In this document: positions 21,688 to 31,261 of the stretch, piece by piece
Layout of the letters: each line of letters begins with the position of its first letter
Numbering within the stretch: position 1 is the first letter of the stretch
Source of the DNA: an uncultured Aquificales bacterium
GTDB lineage: Bacteria > Thermosulfidibacterota > Thermosulfidibacteria > Thermosulfidibacterales > Thermosulfidibacteraceae
Length of the DNA stretch: 36,109 bases
Direction of reading: 5' to 3'
Assembly (NCBI GenBank): GCA_964453345.1
Contig: CAYVOC010000010.1
Coordinates: 8,752 to 44,860 of the forward strand
Position numbers and translations under genes: made by a program
The notes under the pieces: model-generated
Databases searched by the model: none
Told to the model about the DNA's origin: nothing
Seen by the model: the letters and a program-made list of their open reading frames with translations, nothing else

Positions 21688-22572
21688 TTGCTCTCCTTTG
21701 TGGTGAGCCTTGGCTCTGAGATTGTTTTGAAATCCCCCGGCACAAGGGCCTTCTTCTGCGAAAGGTTAAGGGAACACTTCTTGAGCAGGTGTGCTTCTTT
21801 CGGAGTGGATGCCTTCGTGGAGGAGCAGGGCGCCAAGTGGCACATTGTGGCCGGGCAGGAGGCTGAACATCTGATACTGAGCCAGTTTGGTTTTTCAAGG
21901 CTTGTTGAGCCAAAGGAGAGGAGGCTGCTGGGCGGTTTTCCCGTCGGGGTTGGGGGAAAGGTTGTGGTTCTCTTCTCCGGAGGACCGGATTCTGTTCTTG
22001 CGAGCCTGCTTGTTGCAAGAAGGGGCAATGACGTGGTGCTGCTCTTTCTGGACGACGGGGTGGAGGGCAGGTGGGAGAGGGCTAAGGAGGCGGCGAAGAG
22101 GGTCGCCTACTTTCTGCCGGAGGCTAAGGTCTGCCTTTACAGGGCCGGGTTTTCGGACGGGTTGCGTATGCTTCAGGATTCCGTTCGCAAAAGGTTCATG
22201 TGTTTCTTTTGCAGGGCTACCATGCTGAGGGTTGCAGAAGTGGTTGCCAAGAGGGAGGGCTGTCTGGCGGTTGCGACGGGGGAGATAATGGGCGAGCAGG
22301 CGAGCCAGACCTATGCGGCTCTCGGACTTCTGAGCAGGGTTGTGGAGATCCCTCTATACAGGCCTCTGATCTGCTTTAACAAGGAAGAGGTCTTTGAGTG
22401 GCTTGATAGGTTTGGGGCCAAGGACGATCGGAATTTTTCCATGCCTGCCTGTCCCTTCGTCCCGAAAAGGGTGGCTACAAGACCTGAGGTTTCCCTGAGC
22501 AGGCTTGTGAGAACCGCTAAGGCTGTTGCTTCTCAGATCACCCTTGAGAGGGTTCTTCTGCAAGCTTCTTGA
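21688..22572 (+). CDS. ThiI/TtuI-like tRNA sulfurtransferase homolog lacking the THUMP domain
   Basis: N-terminal EIVLKS..TR; GGFPVG; PP-loop [34 protein letters not shown]; distal C(PFVP). Confidence 0.75.
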   Translation: MLSFVVSLGSEIVLKSPGTRAFFCERLREHFLSRCASFGVDAFVEEQGAKWHIVAGQEAEHLILSQFGFSRLVEPKERRLLGGFPVGVGGKVVVLFSGGPDSVLASLLVARRGNDVVLLFLDDGVEGRWERAKEAAKRVAYFLPEAKVCLYRAGFSDGLRMLQDSVRKRFMCFFCRATMLRVAEVVAKREGCLAVATGEIMGEQASQTYAALGLLSRVVEIPLYRPLICFNKEEVFEWLDRFGAKDDRNFSMPACPFVPKRVATRPEVSLSRLVRTAKAVASQITLERVLLQAS

Positions 22573-25000
22573 GTTCTTCAAGAACCATCAGGGCCTCAAG
22601 GGGTGAGAGCTTTTTGAGATTCAGCATCCTGAGCTTCACAAGGGCCGGGTGCTCGTAGAGGGGCAGGGGGGTGCTGTTCTTTGACTCAAGCTCGCTAAGA
22701 ATCCTTTTGGCCCTCTCGATCACCTCCAGGGGCATACCCGCTATCTGCGCCACGTATATCCCGTAGCTTTTGTCGGCGCTTCCGGGTATCAGTCTGTGGG
22801 TGAAGATGATTCTGTCCTCCCACTCCTTTACGTCAACCCTGTAGTTCTTCACCTCGGGATATCTGTGTCCGAGTTCGGTCAGCTCGTGGTAGTGGGTGGC
22901 GAAGAGGGTCTTTGCCCTTATTCTCTCCCTTATGTATTCCACCGTCGCCCAAGCTATGGCCAATCCATCGTAGGTGCTGGTTCCCCTGCCTATCTCATCG
23001 AGTATTACGAGGGAGTTTTCGGTGGCGTTGTTCAGTATGTTGGCGGTCTCCGTCATCTCAACCATGAAGGTGGACTGTCCTCCTGCCAGGTTGTCGGCGG
23101 ATCCTATCCTGCTCATGATTCTGTCCACCGGGCTTATAATGGCCTTTTTTGCGGGGACGAAGGAGCCTATCTGGGCCATGAGGACTATGAGGGCAACCTG
23201 CCTTATGTAGGTGGACTTCCCGCTCATGTTGGGGCCGGTGATGATGTGTATCTCCCCGGGCCGGATGACGGTATCGTTGGGGACAAAGTCGCCTTTCAGG
23301 GCGCCTTCCACCACCGGATGCCTTCCGTCCTTTACGATTATTTCGCCGGTTTTTGTTATCTTCGGCTTTGTGTAGTCCCTCTCCCTTGCAACGGTTGCGA
23401 GGCTGTTCAGAAAGTCAAGCTCTCCCAGCGCCTGGGCCACCTCCCTCAGTTCAGGGGCGTGGGAGGCGATCTTCTGCAACACCTGCATATACAGCTGCTT
23501 CTCCAGCTCGTCTATCCTTTCGGAGGCGCTGGCGATCTTCTCCTCCACCTCTTTTAGCTCTTCGGTTATGAACCTTTCCGCTCCCACAAGGGTCTGCTTC
23601 CTTATGTAGTCTTCGGGGACCTTGCTCAGATGCGCCTTGGTCACCTCAATGTAGTATCCGAAGACCTTGTTGTATCTTACCTTGAGGGAGGGGATGCCCG
23701 TTCTCGCCCTCTCCTTCTCCTCGTAGGCCCTTATCCAGCTTTCCGAATCCTCAACTATTCTTCTCAGCTCGTCCAGCTCCGGACTGTAGCCGTCCCTTAT
23801 GAGCCTTCCCTCCTCCTGTGCCACTGCGGCCTCTATGGTTTCCGCCACCTCATCAAGGGGGTGGAGCCTTTCGGCTATGTCGGATACAAGCTTTGAGTCG
23901 GAATCCTCTATCTGTGCTCTTATGTGGGGTATGCGCCACAGGGTGTTCTTTACCGCGTGGAGTTCCTTGGGCCTTGCCATGAGGCTTTCTATCCTCGATA
24001 TCATGCGCTCGATGTCTCCTATCCCCTTTAGATACGCCGACAGATCCCTATCCGTGAGGTAGTGGACGGCGTTGAGCCTCTCCTCAATGGCCTCGGCGTC
24101 GTATAGCGGGTTTAAAAGGGCGTCCTTCAGTCTTCTGTATCCCATGGGGGTGCAGGTTCTGTCCAGCACCTCCAGGAGGGTGTTCTCCCTGCCGCCGTCT
24201 CGCAGGTTCGCCACGACCTCCAGATGCTTGGCCGTGGAAGGATCCAGCTGCGCCTTGCCCTCCGGAATGTAGATCTCAACCCTTTTGAGGTGCTCGGTTG
24301 GGGCCATGAGGATCCTTTTGAGGTAATGGATGAGGGCTCCCAGGGCCCTCAGCGCCTCCTCCCTGTGGCCGAGTCCCAAGGATTCCGGTTCGCCTTTGAA
24401 GTGCTCCTTTATGGTGTCCCTGCACCCGTCCGGATCAAAGAGCCAGTCGTCAACCTCCTCGCAGAAGATCCCTTCAAGCGGAGGCTTTATTCCCGGGGGA
24501 TGGATGAGGGTTTTGATGTTGAGCTTTTCGATAAGCTCCAGGACTCCCTTACATTGATCCTGATGGATGAGGATCCTTCCGGTGTTTACGCTTGCGGCGG
24601 CAAGGCCGGTGCTTTTTCTGCCTTTGTATAGCGCCGCCACAAACTCGTCCTCGCCGCTTCCCTCCTCGGTTTCCAGGTATGTTCCCGGGGTTATGACCCT
24701 CACCACCTCCCTTTTTACAATGCCCTTTGCGGTTGAGGGGTCCTCCACCTGCTCGCATATGGCCACCTTGTATCCCGCATCCAGGAGCCTTTTGATGTAT
24801 CCTTCGGCTGCGTGATAGGGGACTCCGCACATGGGCATGTTGTTCCTTGAAGTGAGGGCTATGTTGAGAACCCTTGAGGCTATCTCTGCATCCTCGTTGA
24901 ACATTTCGTAAAAGTCTCCGAGCCTGAACAGCAAAATGGCGTCCCTGTAGGATTCCTTGATGGAGAGATACTGTTTGATCATGGGGGTGAGCTTTTTCAT
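22538..25000 (-). CDS. mutS: DNA mismatch repair protein MutS
   Basis: [51 protein letters not shown] and SYGIYVA. The true start is ATG 25000; the ORF-track extension runs over tRNA-Glu. Confidence 0.97.
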   Translation of the reverse strand: MKKLTPMIKQYLSIKESYRDAILLFRLGDFYEMFNEDAEIASRVLNIALTSRNNMPMCGVPYHAAEGYIKRLLDAGYKVAICEQVEDPSTAKGIVKREVVRVITPGTYLETEEGSGEDEFVAALYKGRKSTGLAAASVNTGRILIHQDQCKGVLELIEKLNIKTLIHPPGIKPPLEGIFCEEVDDWLFDPDGCRDTIKEHFKGEPESLGLGHREEALRALGALIHYLKRILMAPTEHLKRVEIYIPEGKAQLDPSTAKHLEVVANLRDGGRENTLLEVLDRTCTPMGYRRLKDALLNPLYDAEAIEERLNAVHYLTDRDLSAYLKGIGDIERMISRIESLMARPKELHAVKNTLWRIPHIRAQIEDSDSKLVSDIAERLHPLDEVAETIEAAVAQEEGRLIRDGYSPELDELRRIVEDSESWIRAYEEKERARTGIPSLKVRYNKVFGYYIEVTKAHLSKVPEDYIRKQTLVGAERFITEELKEVEEKIASASERIDELEKQLYMQVLQKIASHAPELREVAQALGELDFLNSLATVARERDYTKPKITKTGEIIVKDGRHPVVEGALKGDFVPNDTVIRPGEIHIITGPNMSGKSTYIRQVALIVLMAQIGSFVPAKKAIISPVDRIMSRIGSADNLAGGQSTFMVEMTETANILNNATENSLVILDEIGRGTSTYDGLAIAWATVEYIRERIRAKTLFATHYHELTELGHRYPEVKNYRVDVKEWEDRIIFTHRLIPGSADKSYGIYVAQIAGMPLEVIERAKRILSELESKNSTPLPLYEHPALVKLRMLNLKKLSPLEALMVLEELKKLAEEPSQG

Positions 25001-25029
25001 GGTTGCAAACCGGCAAAAACAAAAAAGAG

Positions 25030-25104
25030 TGTCCCCGGGGGGATTTGAACCCCCGTTACCGGCGTGAAAGGCCGGTGTCCTGGACCGGGCTAGACGACGG
25101 GGAC
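25030..25104 (-). tRNA. tRNA-Glu (TTC), CCA not encoded
   Basis: GTCCCCG...CCGGC-CTTTCAC-GCCGG...GGTTCAAATCC...CGGGGAC-A. Confidence 0.95.
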
Positions 25105-25112
25105 ACAAAAAG

Positions 25113-25185
25113 TGAGCCGGCCAGGGGTCGAACCTGGGACCAACGGCTTAAAAGGCCGTTGCTCTACCAGCTGAGCTACCGGCCC
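25113..25185 (-). tRNA. tRNA-Lys (TTT), CCA not encoded
   Basis: GGGCCGGTAGCTCAG...ACGGC-CTTTTAA-GCCGT...GGTTCGACCCC...CCGGCTC-A. Confidence 0.95.
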
Positions 25186-25263
25186 ACATGTTGCCAACAT
25201 CCATTAGCAAACAGACCCATCCTCGTCAATACATAATAGGCAGTTTGCTTCTCGTGTCCAGCC

Positions 25264-26079
25264 TCAAATTTCAAACTCTATGAGCCTGCCCTCGCCGTCC
25301 TCAAGGGTGGCAACGGCCGTTATTCTCTCCCGGCTGCAGAAGGCATCAAGGTGCTTGACGGCCTTTTCCATCTCTATCCGTTTGAACAGCTTCTCCTGCC
25401 TGTATAGGTTGATATACTTTTCGTTGCTGCACATGATGAAAAGCTCATCCTTCACCACTAAGGGGATGCTGTTTGCCCCGATGATCCCTGCGAATCTGGG
25501 TTTGCTCCAGCTCTCGCCGTCTCTGCTACGGGTGATGTGGACGGTTCTAAGGGGAAGGGTCTCCACAAGCCCTATAAGCTCATCGCCCTTGCGGGCTATC
25601 CTGAAGTTCACCACCGGATAGCCGAAGTCCTCCGCTATCAGCACGAGGCTCAGAAGATACCAGCTGTTGCCCGCATCCTCCGATGCGAAGACCACCGCGG
25701 ATGAGAACTTGCAGCCGTAGGGAACGCCGAGGGCGGGGACCAGGGCCCTTCCCTTGAACTCCAGTGCCCTGCCGCTGACCCTTGCCCTTTTCAGATAGGG
25801 ACTTCTCAGAATGATGCCGCCCTTTTCCCCTATGGGTCTGAGGACGGGGGTGTTGCCCTTTGCGGCAAAGACCGCAATTCTGTCTCCCACCCTGCTTATG
25901 AAGGGGGCGAAGGCGTCCCTGTAGTTGTTCCAGAGGTTGCTTTTGATCATCTGCCCGTTCTCCTTGGTTATCAGGGAGACGCGGCTGCCGTTTTTGGCCA
26001 GAATGAAAGCCCTCTTTCCGTCCACCTCAAGGGTGGCGGCTGACACATCCCTTTCAGGTAAGGCCATCTGCCTGAGCAT
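25264..26079 (-). CDS. Hypothetical protein with Asp-box (BNR) motifs, sialidase-like propeller
   Basis: SEDAGNSW and SRDGESW match S-x-D-x-G-x-(T/S)-W loosely; ATG 26079 after GGAGGGG; no signal peptide seen. Confidence 0.6.
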   Translation of the reverse strand: MLRQMALPERDVSAATLEVDGKRAFILAKNGSRVSLITKENGQMIKSNLWNNYRDAFAPFISRVGDRIAVFAAKGNTPVLRPIGEKGGIILRSPYLKRARVSGRALEFKGRALVPALGVPYGCKFSSAVVFASEDAGNSWYLLSLVLIAEDFGYPVVNFRIARKGDELIGLVETLPLRTVHITRSRDGESWSKPRFAGIIGANSIPLVVKDELFIMCSNEKYINLYRQEKLFKRIEMEKAVKHLDAFCSRERITAVATLEDGEGRLIEFEI

Positions 26080-26120
26080 CTTTCCCCTCCCTTTTGTCCT
26101 TTTCTTCACCCCGTTCATAT

Positions 26121-26136
26121 AGCAAAGGGTGTGCCA
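26121..26136 (-). promoter_or_regulatory. sigma54 (-24/-12) promoter
   Basis: Minus strand TGGCAC-ACCCT-TTGCT, an exact match to TGGCAC-N5-TTGCW, about 40 bp upstream of ATG 26079. Confidence 0.75.
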
Positions 26137-26155
26137 CATCTTTGGAAGGTGGCAA

Positions 26156-26184
26156 TTGACAGTGCTCGGGAGGGGCTATACTCT
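26156..26184 (+). promoter_or_regulatory. Putative sigma70 promoter of the hrcA operon
   Basis: TTGACA-N17-TACTCT, then SD GGAGG before ATG 26202. Confidence 0.55.
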
Positions 26185-26201
26185 TATATCGGAGGTTTCC
26201 C

Positions 26202-27227
26202 ATGAACGAGCGGGCAAGCGAGATACTGAGGGCCGTTGTGCAGCTGCATATAGATACGGGCGAACCGGTTGGATCAAGGACCATTGCAAAGCATCTGGGC
26301 ATGAGGCTTTCGCCGGCCACCATAAGAAATGTTATGGCCGATCTTGAGGACGAGGGCTACTTGATGCAGCCCCATACATCGGCGGGCAGGGTCCCCACAG
26401 ATCTGGGCTACAGGTATTACGTGGATCACCTCATAGAGAAGAAGCCGGTTGAGGGGCTTCTGAGGGAGTTCGAGAGGGAGATGGATCTTGCCATGGAGAC
26501 GGCTAAGGATGTGAGGGATGTGCTGAAGGCGGCCTCCCGCTTTCTTTCCAGGCACTCCAGACAGGTGGGGCTTCTCTTCATTCCCAAGCTCAGGGTCCTC
26601 AAGGTCAAGAATGTGGAGTTTATAAGGGTGGCCGAAAGAACGGTGCTTGTGATATTCGCCTCTGAGTCCGGCATAGTGCAGCACAGGCTTATAAACACCG
26701 AGGAGGATTACACCCAGAGGCAGCTTGAGGGGTTCGCCTCCTACCTTAACAGGCGCTTTTCCGGAAAGAGCCTCGCTGAGATCAGGCGGATACTGATGAG
26801 GGAGATGGAGGAGGATAGGGAAAGGTATGACGCCGTATACCGCAGGGCTGTGGAGCTTTCCAGAAGGGCTTTGACTCCGGGGGATGAGTTCGAGGTCCAC
26901 TTTGAGGGCACATCTCACATCTTTGAGCATAAGGAGTTCATAGAGAATGTGGAGAGGCTCAGAAGCATCTTCAAGGCCTTTGAGGAGAAGAGCAAGATAG
27001 TCAGAATACTGGATAAGTGCCTTGATCAGGAGGGGCCCACGGTAATAATAGGCGCCGAGTCCGGTATAGCCGACTTCAGCGATCTCTCTCTGGTGATTTC
27101 GGGATGCTCCTTCAGGGACAGGAGCTTCGGGGTGCTGGGGGTGGTTTCTTCCAAGAGGGTGGATTACGCCTTTTTGATACCGCTGGTTGAAAGAACGACC
27201 CGGTATATAGAGGAAATCCTCAACTGA
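26202..27227 (+). CDS. hrcA: Heat-inducible transcription repressor HrcA
   Basis: GEPVGSRTI...SPATIRNVMADLEDEGYLMQPHTSAGRVPTDLGYRYYVD. Confidence 0.97.
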   Translation: MNERASEILRAVVQLHIDTGEPVGSRTIAKHLGMRLSPATIRNVMADLEDEGYLMQPHTSAGRVPTDLGYRYYVDHLIEKKPVEGLLREFEREMDLAMETAKDVRDVLKAASRFLSRHSRQVGLLFIPKLRVLKVKNVEFIRVAERTVLVIFASESGIVQHRLINTEEDYTQRQLEGFASYLNRRFSGKSLAEIRRILMREMEEDRERYDAVYRRAVELSRRALTPGDEFEVHFEGTSHIFEHKEFIENVERLRSIFKAFEEKSKIVRILDKCLDQEGPTVIIGAESGIADFSDLSLVISGCSFRDRSFGVLGVVSSKRVDYAFLIPLVERTTRYIEEILN

Positions 27228-27237
27228 GGAGGTATCC

Positions 27238-27801
27238 ATGGAGGAGGTGAAGAAGGAACAGACGGAGGCTGTTGAGGAGCAGAAGGCTTCTGAAGAGGGA
27301 CAGCGGACCGAGGAGCGTGAGGACAGGCCCAGTTACGAGGAGCTTGAGCAGCGCGTGAAGGAGCTGGAGAGGGAGAAGGAGGAGCTTTACGATAAACTCC
27401 TGAGGCTTCATGCCGAGTTTGAGAATTTTAGAAAGAGGATCCAGAGGGAGCTTGAGCTTCACAAGGAGCTTGCCAACGAGAGCATAATAAAGGAGCTTCT
27501 CGTTGTGGTGGATAACTTTGAGAGGGCCCTTGAGTCCCTTGAGAAGGATGGCCAGACGGACAGCTTTGCCGAAGGGGTGAAGCTCATCTACAAGCAGCTT
27601 AAGGAGCTGCTCAGGCGCTTCGGGGTTGAGGAGATAGAGGCCGAAGGGAAGAAGTTCGATCCCAACCTGCACGAAGCGGTGATGCAGGTGGAGCATGAGG
27701 AGGACAACATAGTTGTTCAGGAGGTCCAGAAGGGTTACAGGCTCAAGGGCAAGCTGATAAGGCCCAGCAAGGTGATAGTCAGCAAGAAGAAGACGGCATG
27801 A
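27238..27801 (+). CDS. grpE: Nucleotide exchange factor GrpE
   Basis: [29 protein letters not shown] and [13 protein letters not shown]. Confidence 0.97.
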   Translation: MEEVKKEQTEAVEEQKASEEGQRTEEREDRPSYEELEQRVKELEREKEELYDKLLRLHAEFENFRKRIQRELELHKELANESIIKELLVVVDNFERALESLEKDGQTDSFAEGVKLIYKQLKELLRRFGVEEIEAEGKKFDPNLHEAVMQVEHEEDNIVVQEVQKGYRLKGKLIRPSKVIVSKKKTA

Positions 27802-28931
27802 AGGACTACTACGAGATACTCGGGGTTTCGCCTGATGCCAGCCAGGAAGAGATAAAGGCTGCATACAGGAGGCTTGCAAGGAAATACCATCCCGATGTGA
27901 ATCCCGGCAACAAGGAGGCGGAGGAGAAGTTCAAGGAGATTTCCGAGGCCTACCAGGTCCTCTCCGATCCCGCCAAAAGGGCCGAATACGATCGCATGAG
28001 GAGATACGGTGCCTACTCCGGAGGGGGCTTTGACGCTTCCTACGGTTCCCATACAGGTTTCGGCATAGAGGATATCTTTGAGGAGTTTGACCGCTTTTTC
28101 GGGGATTTCTTCGGCTTTGGAACGAGGACGAGGCGGCGCAGAAGGACAAAGGCCCAGAGGGGAGAGGACCTAAGATTTGTTCTTGATATAGAGTTTGAGG
28201 AGGCCCTCAAGGGAACCAGCGCTAAGCTGAGAATCCCCAGGCTTGAGGTGTGTCCGGAGTGCAAGGGTCTTGGCGCCGTAAATCCCTCCGACTATGCTCC
28301 CTGTCCCTCCTGCAGGGGAACGGGGCAGATATCCTACACCCACGGCTTCTTCACGGTTTCCAAGACCTGTCCCAACTGCGGCGGTGACGGCTACATACTC
28401 AGGAACCCCTGCCCGAGATGCGGGGGCAGAGGAAGGGTGGAGGTGGAAAGAACCGTTACCGTTAACATCCCCCCCGGTGTCAAGTCCGGTGATAGAATAA
28501 GGCTCAGGGGTGAGGGAAACGCGGGGCTCTTCGGCGGAGAGCCGGGAGACCTGTATATAGATGTGGTGGTCAAGGATCACCCGGTCTTCAAAAGGGTGGG
28601 CAACGATGTGGTCTGCCAGATGCCCGTGAGCTTTGTCGATGCTATACTGGGTAAGAAGGTGAAGCTTCCCTACTTCGGCGAGGAGGTTGAGGTAAACATA
28701 AAGCCGGGAACCCAGCCGGGTGAGAAGATAAGGGTGAAGGGCAAGGGCTTCCCCTCCAGAAAGGGAGGCAGAGGGGATCTTGTGGTGGAGGTGCAGGTTG
28801 CCATCCCCAAAAAGATTACGCCGAGGCAGAGGGAGCTGCTTGAGGAGTTTGCAAAGGAGTGGGAGAAGACGGAGAAGAAAAGATCCTTCATTGAGGATTT
28901 TATTGATAAACTGAAAAGGAAACTTGCCTGA
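27798..28931 (+). CDS. dnaJ: Chaperone DnaJ
   Basis: J-domain with HPD, G/F-rich region, four CxxCxGxG motifs and C-terminal domain. Confidence 0.97.
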   Translation: MKDYYEILGVSPDASQEEIKAAYRRLARKYHPDVNPGNKEAEEKFKEISEAYQVLSDPAKRAEYDRMRRYGAYSGGGFDASYGSHTGFGIEDIFEEFDRFFGDFFGFGTRTRRRRRTKAQRGEDLRFVLDIEFEEALKGTSAKLRIPRLEVCPECKGLGAVNPSDYAPCPSCRGTGQISYTHGFFTVSKTCPNCGGDGYILRNPCPRCGGRGRVEVERTVTVNIPPGVKSGDRIRLRGEGNAGLFGGEPGDLYIDVVVKDHPVFKRVGNDVVCQMPVSFVDAILGKKVKLPYFGEEVEVNIKPGTQPGEKIRVKGKGFPSRKGGRGDLVVEVQVAIPKKITPRQRELLEEFAKEWEKTEKKRSFIEDFIDKLKRKLA

Positions 28932-29272
28932 TGGTATGGTGTCTTATGCTGATGGTTATAGGTATAGGGGCCGGGGCGTTTATTACGGGATGGCATCTCG
29001 TGAAGGCTCAAGAGAGGTTGTCCCGCAAGGTTGAGCAGAAACTGGAAGAACTCAAGAGGGAAAAGCAGCTTCTCGAGGAGCAGATAACCCGGCTTGAGGA
29101 GATAATAGAAAAGGAGAAGAGTGAGAAGGAGCAGCTCAAGGAGAAGATAAAGGAGCTTGAATACGAGCTGGAGACCAGGGAAGAGGAGATAACCCGCCTC
29201 AGACTTATCCTCGCCGAAAAGAGCCAGGGTGCCAAAGGGCGCAGACCTCGTAGAACAAGACTTCTTGAGTGA
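28931..29272 (+). CDS. Membrane-anchored coiled-coil hypothetical protein
   Basis: Hydrophobic N-terminus followed by E/K-rich heptads; ATG overlaps the dnaJ TGA. Confidence 0.7.
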   Translation: MVWCLMLMVIGIGAGAFITGWHLVKAQERLSRKVEQKLEELKREKQLLEEQITRLEEIIEKEKSEKEQLKEKIKELEYELETREEEITRLRLILAEKSQGAKGRRPRRTRLLE

Positions 29273-29280
29273 GGTAGATC

Positions 29281-30240
29281 ATGGACCTGAAAAGGGTTTT
29301 TCTTTTGCTCAGAGACGAAAACACAAGGGTCGTGCAGACCCACATATCTGTGGTCTTTATAAAGCGGGATGTGGTCTATAAGGTGAAAAAGCCTGTCAAC
29401 TTCGGTTTTCTGGACTTTTCCACCCTTGAGAAAAGGCGCTTCTACTGCGAGGAGGAGGTGAGGCTTAACAGGAGGTTGTGTCCTGAGGCCTATATAGGGG
29501 TGGAGCCCCTTGTCTGGCAGGAGAAAGTGATAGAGTATGCCGTGGTTATGAGGCCTTTGCCCATGGAGAGGTGCCTAAAAAAGCTCATTTTAAACGGAGA
29601 GGCGACCAAACAAGATCTGGAAAGGGTTGTGAAAAAGATTGCGGATTTCCACAAAAGCTGTGAAACAAATCAGCGCATCAGCGAGTTTGGGAAGTGTGAG
29701 AATTTCAGGAAAAACACGGACGAGAACTTCCAGCAGACAGAGGCCTTTGTTGGCAAAACCATAGATTCCGAAACCTATAACTTTCTCAAGGGTAAGACGG
29801 AGGAGTTCTACAAAAAATACGGGGATCTGCTGGATGAGAGGGCTGCAAAGGGCTTTGTGAGGGACTGCCATGGAGATCTGCATACAGAGCACATAGTTCT
29901 TACCGATAACATCTGCATCTTTGATTGCATAGAGTTCAACGAAAGATTCAGGTTTATAGATGTGGTCTGTGACTTCGCCTTTCTCCTCATGGATCTGGAC
30001 TATTTGGGCGCCGAAGATCTCTCCAGATACGCCGAGGATCTATACTTTTCCCTGACCCGGGACGATACAGGAAGGAGTCTTCTTCCCCTCTTCAAATCCT
30101 ACAGGGCCTATGTGAGGGGCAAGGTCAACAGCTTCATGAGCGTGGATGAGGCTATTCCCCCTCAGGAGAGGGCGAAAAGGGTTGAGGAGGCTAAGCGCTA
30201 CTTCGCCCTTGCCAGAAGCTACATGGAGCAGGCATGGTAA
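29281..30240 (+). CDS. Aminoglycoside-phosphotransferase-like kinase (COG2187 type)
   Basis: QTHIS, YKVKKPVNFGFLDFSTLEKRR, EVRLNRRL, RDCHGDLH and IFDCIEFN. Confidence 0.85.
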   Translation: MDLKRVFLLLRDENTRVVQTHISVVFIKRDVVYKVKKPVNFGFLDFSTLEKRRFYCEEEVRLNRRLCPEAYIGVEPLVWQEKVIEYAVVMRPLPMERCLKKLILNGEATKQDLERVVKKIADFHKSCETNQRISEFGKCENFRKNTDENFQQTEAFVGKTIDSETYNFLKGKTEEFYKKYGDLLDERAAKGFVRDCHGDLHTEHIVLTDNICIFDCIEFNERFRFIDVVCDFAFLLMDLDYLGAEDLSRYAEDLYFSLTRDDTGRSLLPLFKSYRAYVRGKVNSFMSVDEAIPPQERAKRVEEAKRYFALARSYMEQAW

Positions 30241-30782
30241 TAGTGATCTTTGGACTTGTGGGAAGCGGTAAAAGCACCGTAGCAAAAGCCTTGGCGGAGA
30301 GGCTTAACGCTGAGGTTTTGAATTCCGATGTTATCAGAAAGCGACTTGCGGGCATCGACCCCTATGAGAGCGCAAGGGATAGCTTCAGCGGCGGCATATA
30401 TTCTAAGGATTTTACCGATAGAGTTTACAGAACCATGATAGATGAGGCTGTGAACATTGCCTCTGAAGGGAAAAGACCTGTGATACTGGATGCAACCTTT
30501 CGAGAGAAAAAATACAGAAAGCTTTTAGAAAAAAGGGCTGGAGAGAGGGGAGTAAAGGTTCTCTTCTTTTTTCTCGATGCAAGCGAAGATAAAATAAGGG
30601 AAAGACTGGAAAAGAGATCCAGGGAAAGAACCGTTTCCGATGCGGACTGGGATATCTATTTGAAGATGAGGGAAAGCTTCGATCCACCGGAAAACGCCCA
30701 TATCATTGATGCCGACGGATCTGTTGAAGAGGTGGTTGGAGAAATAATAAAGGTGCTGGAGGGAACAGATGGCTTACGGTAG
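30234..30782 (+). CDS. P-loop kinase, AAA_33/gluconate-kinase-like (COG0645 type)
   Basis: GLVGSGKST, SDVIRKRL, ILDATF and SDAD. Confidence 0.85.
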   Translation: MVIVIFGLVGSGKSTVAKALAERLNAEVLNSDVIRKRLAGIDPYESARDSFSGGIYSKDFTDRVYRTMIDEAVNIASEGKRPVILDATFREKKYRKLLEKRAGERGVKVLFFFLDASEDKIRERLEKRSRERTVSDADWDIYLKMRESFDPPENAHIIDADGSVEEVVGEIIKVLEGTDGLR

Positions 30783-31239
30783 GATCCTTGTGGCCATAGA
30801 CTTCTCTGAGCCTGTAAGCTCTCTGGTTATTGAGAAGGCGGCAGGTCTTGCAAAGTGCATGGGGGCGGAAGTCTGCTTGCTCAACGTGGTTGAGAAGGAG
30901 ATACCCATACTGATGGCGAAGGGATTTCTGGTCCCATCACCCGATCGCAGGGTCATAGAGAAGGCCTTTAACAAGGTCAAGGAGGAGTCCGTCAAAAGGC
31001 TGGAGGAGATGGCAAGGGAGGTCGCCGGCAAGTGGGGTATAAAGGTTTTGCCCCTTGTTGAGGTGGGCGTTCCCACGGAGGTTATCCTAAATACAGCGCA
31101 GAAGATAGAAGCTGATCTTATAGTGGTTGGATCCCACGGCAAGGGCGGGATAGAAAAATTTTTCTTGGGGAGTGTTTCCGAAAGGGTGGCTATGAAAGCA
31201 AAAGTAGATGTGCTTATAGTCAGAGCACAGCATGAATAA
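30769..31239 (+). CDS. Universal stress protein (UspA family)
   Basis: ILVAIDFS; ADLIVVGSHGKGGIEKFFLGSVSERV...VLIVR. Confidence 0.93.
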   Translation: MAYGRILVAIDFSEPVSSLVIEKAAGLAKCMGAEVCLLNVVEKEIPILMAKGFLVPSPDRRVIEKAFNKVKEESVKRLEEMAREVAGKWGIKVLPLVEVGVPTEVILNTAQKIEADLIVVGSHGKGGIEKFFLGSVSERVAMKAKVDVLIVRAQHE

Positions 31240-31261
31240 CTCTAATACCGGGGAGGTGCAG

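Noticed and set aside
25001-25108. N-terminal extension of the MutS ORF
   Set aside because: It is a translation of the tRNA-Glu gene; MutS homology begins at MKKLTPM (25000).
26142-26168. Possible CIRCE upstream of hrcA (CAGTGCTCG half-site)
   Set aside because: No matching left half at 9-bp spacing.
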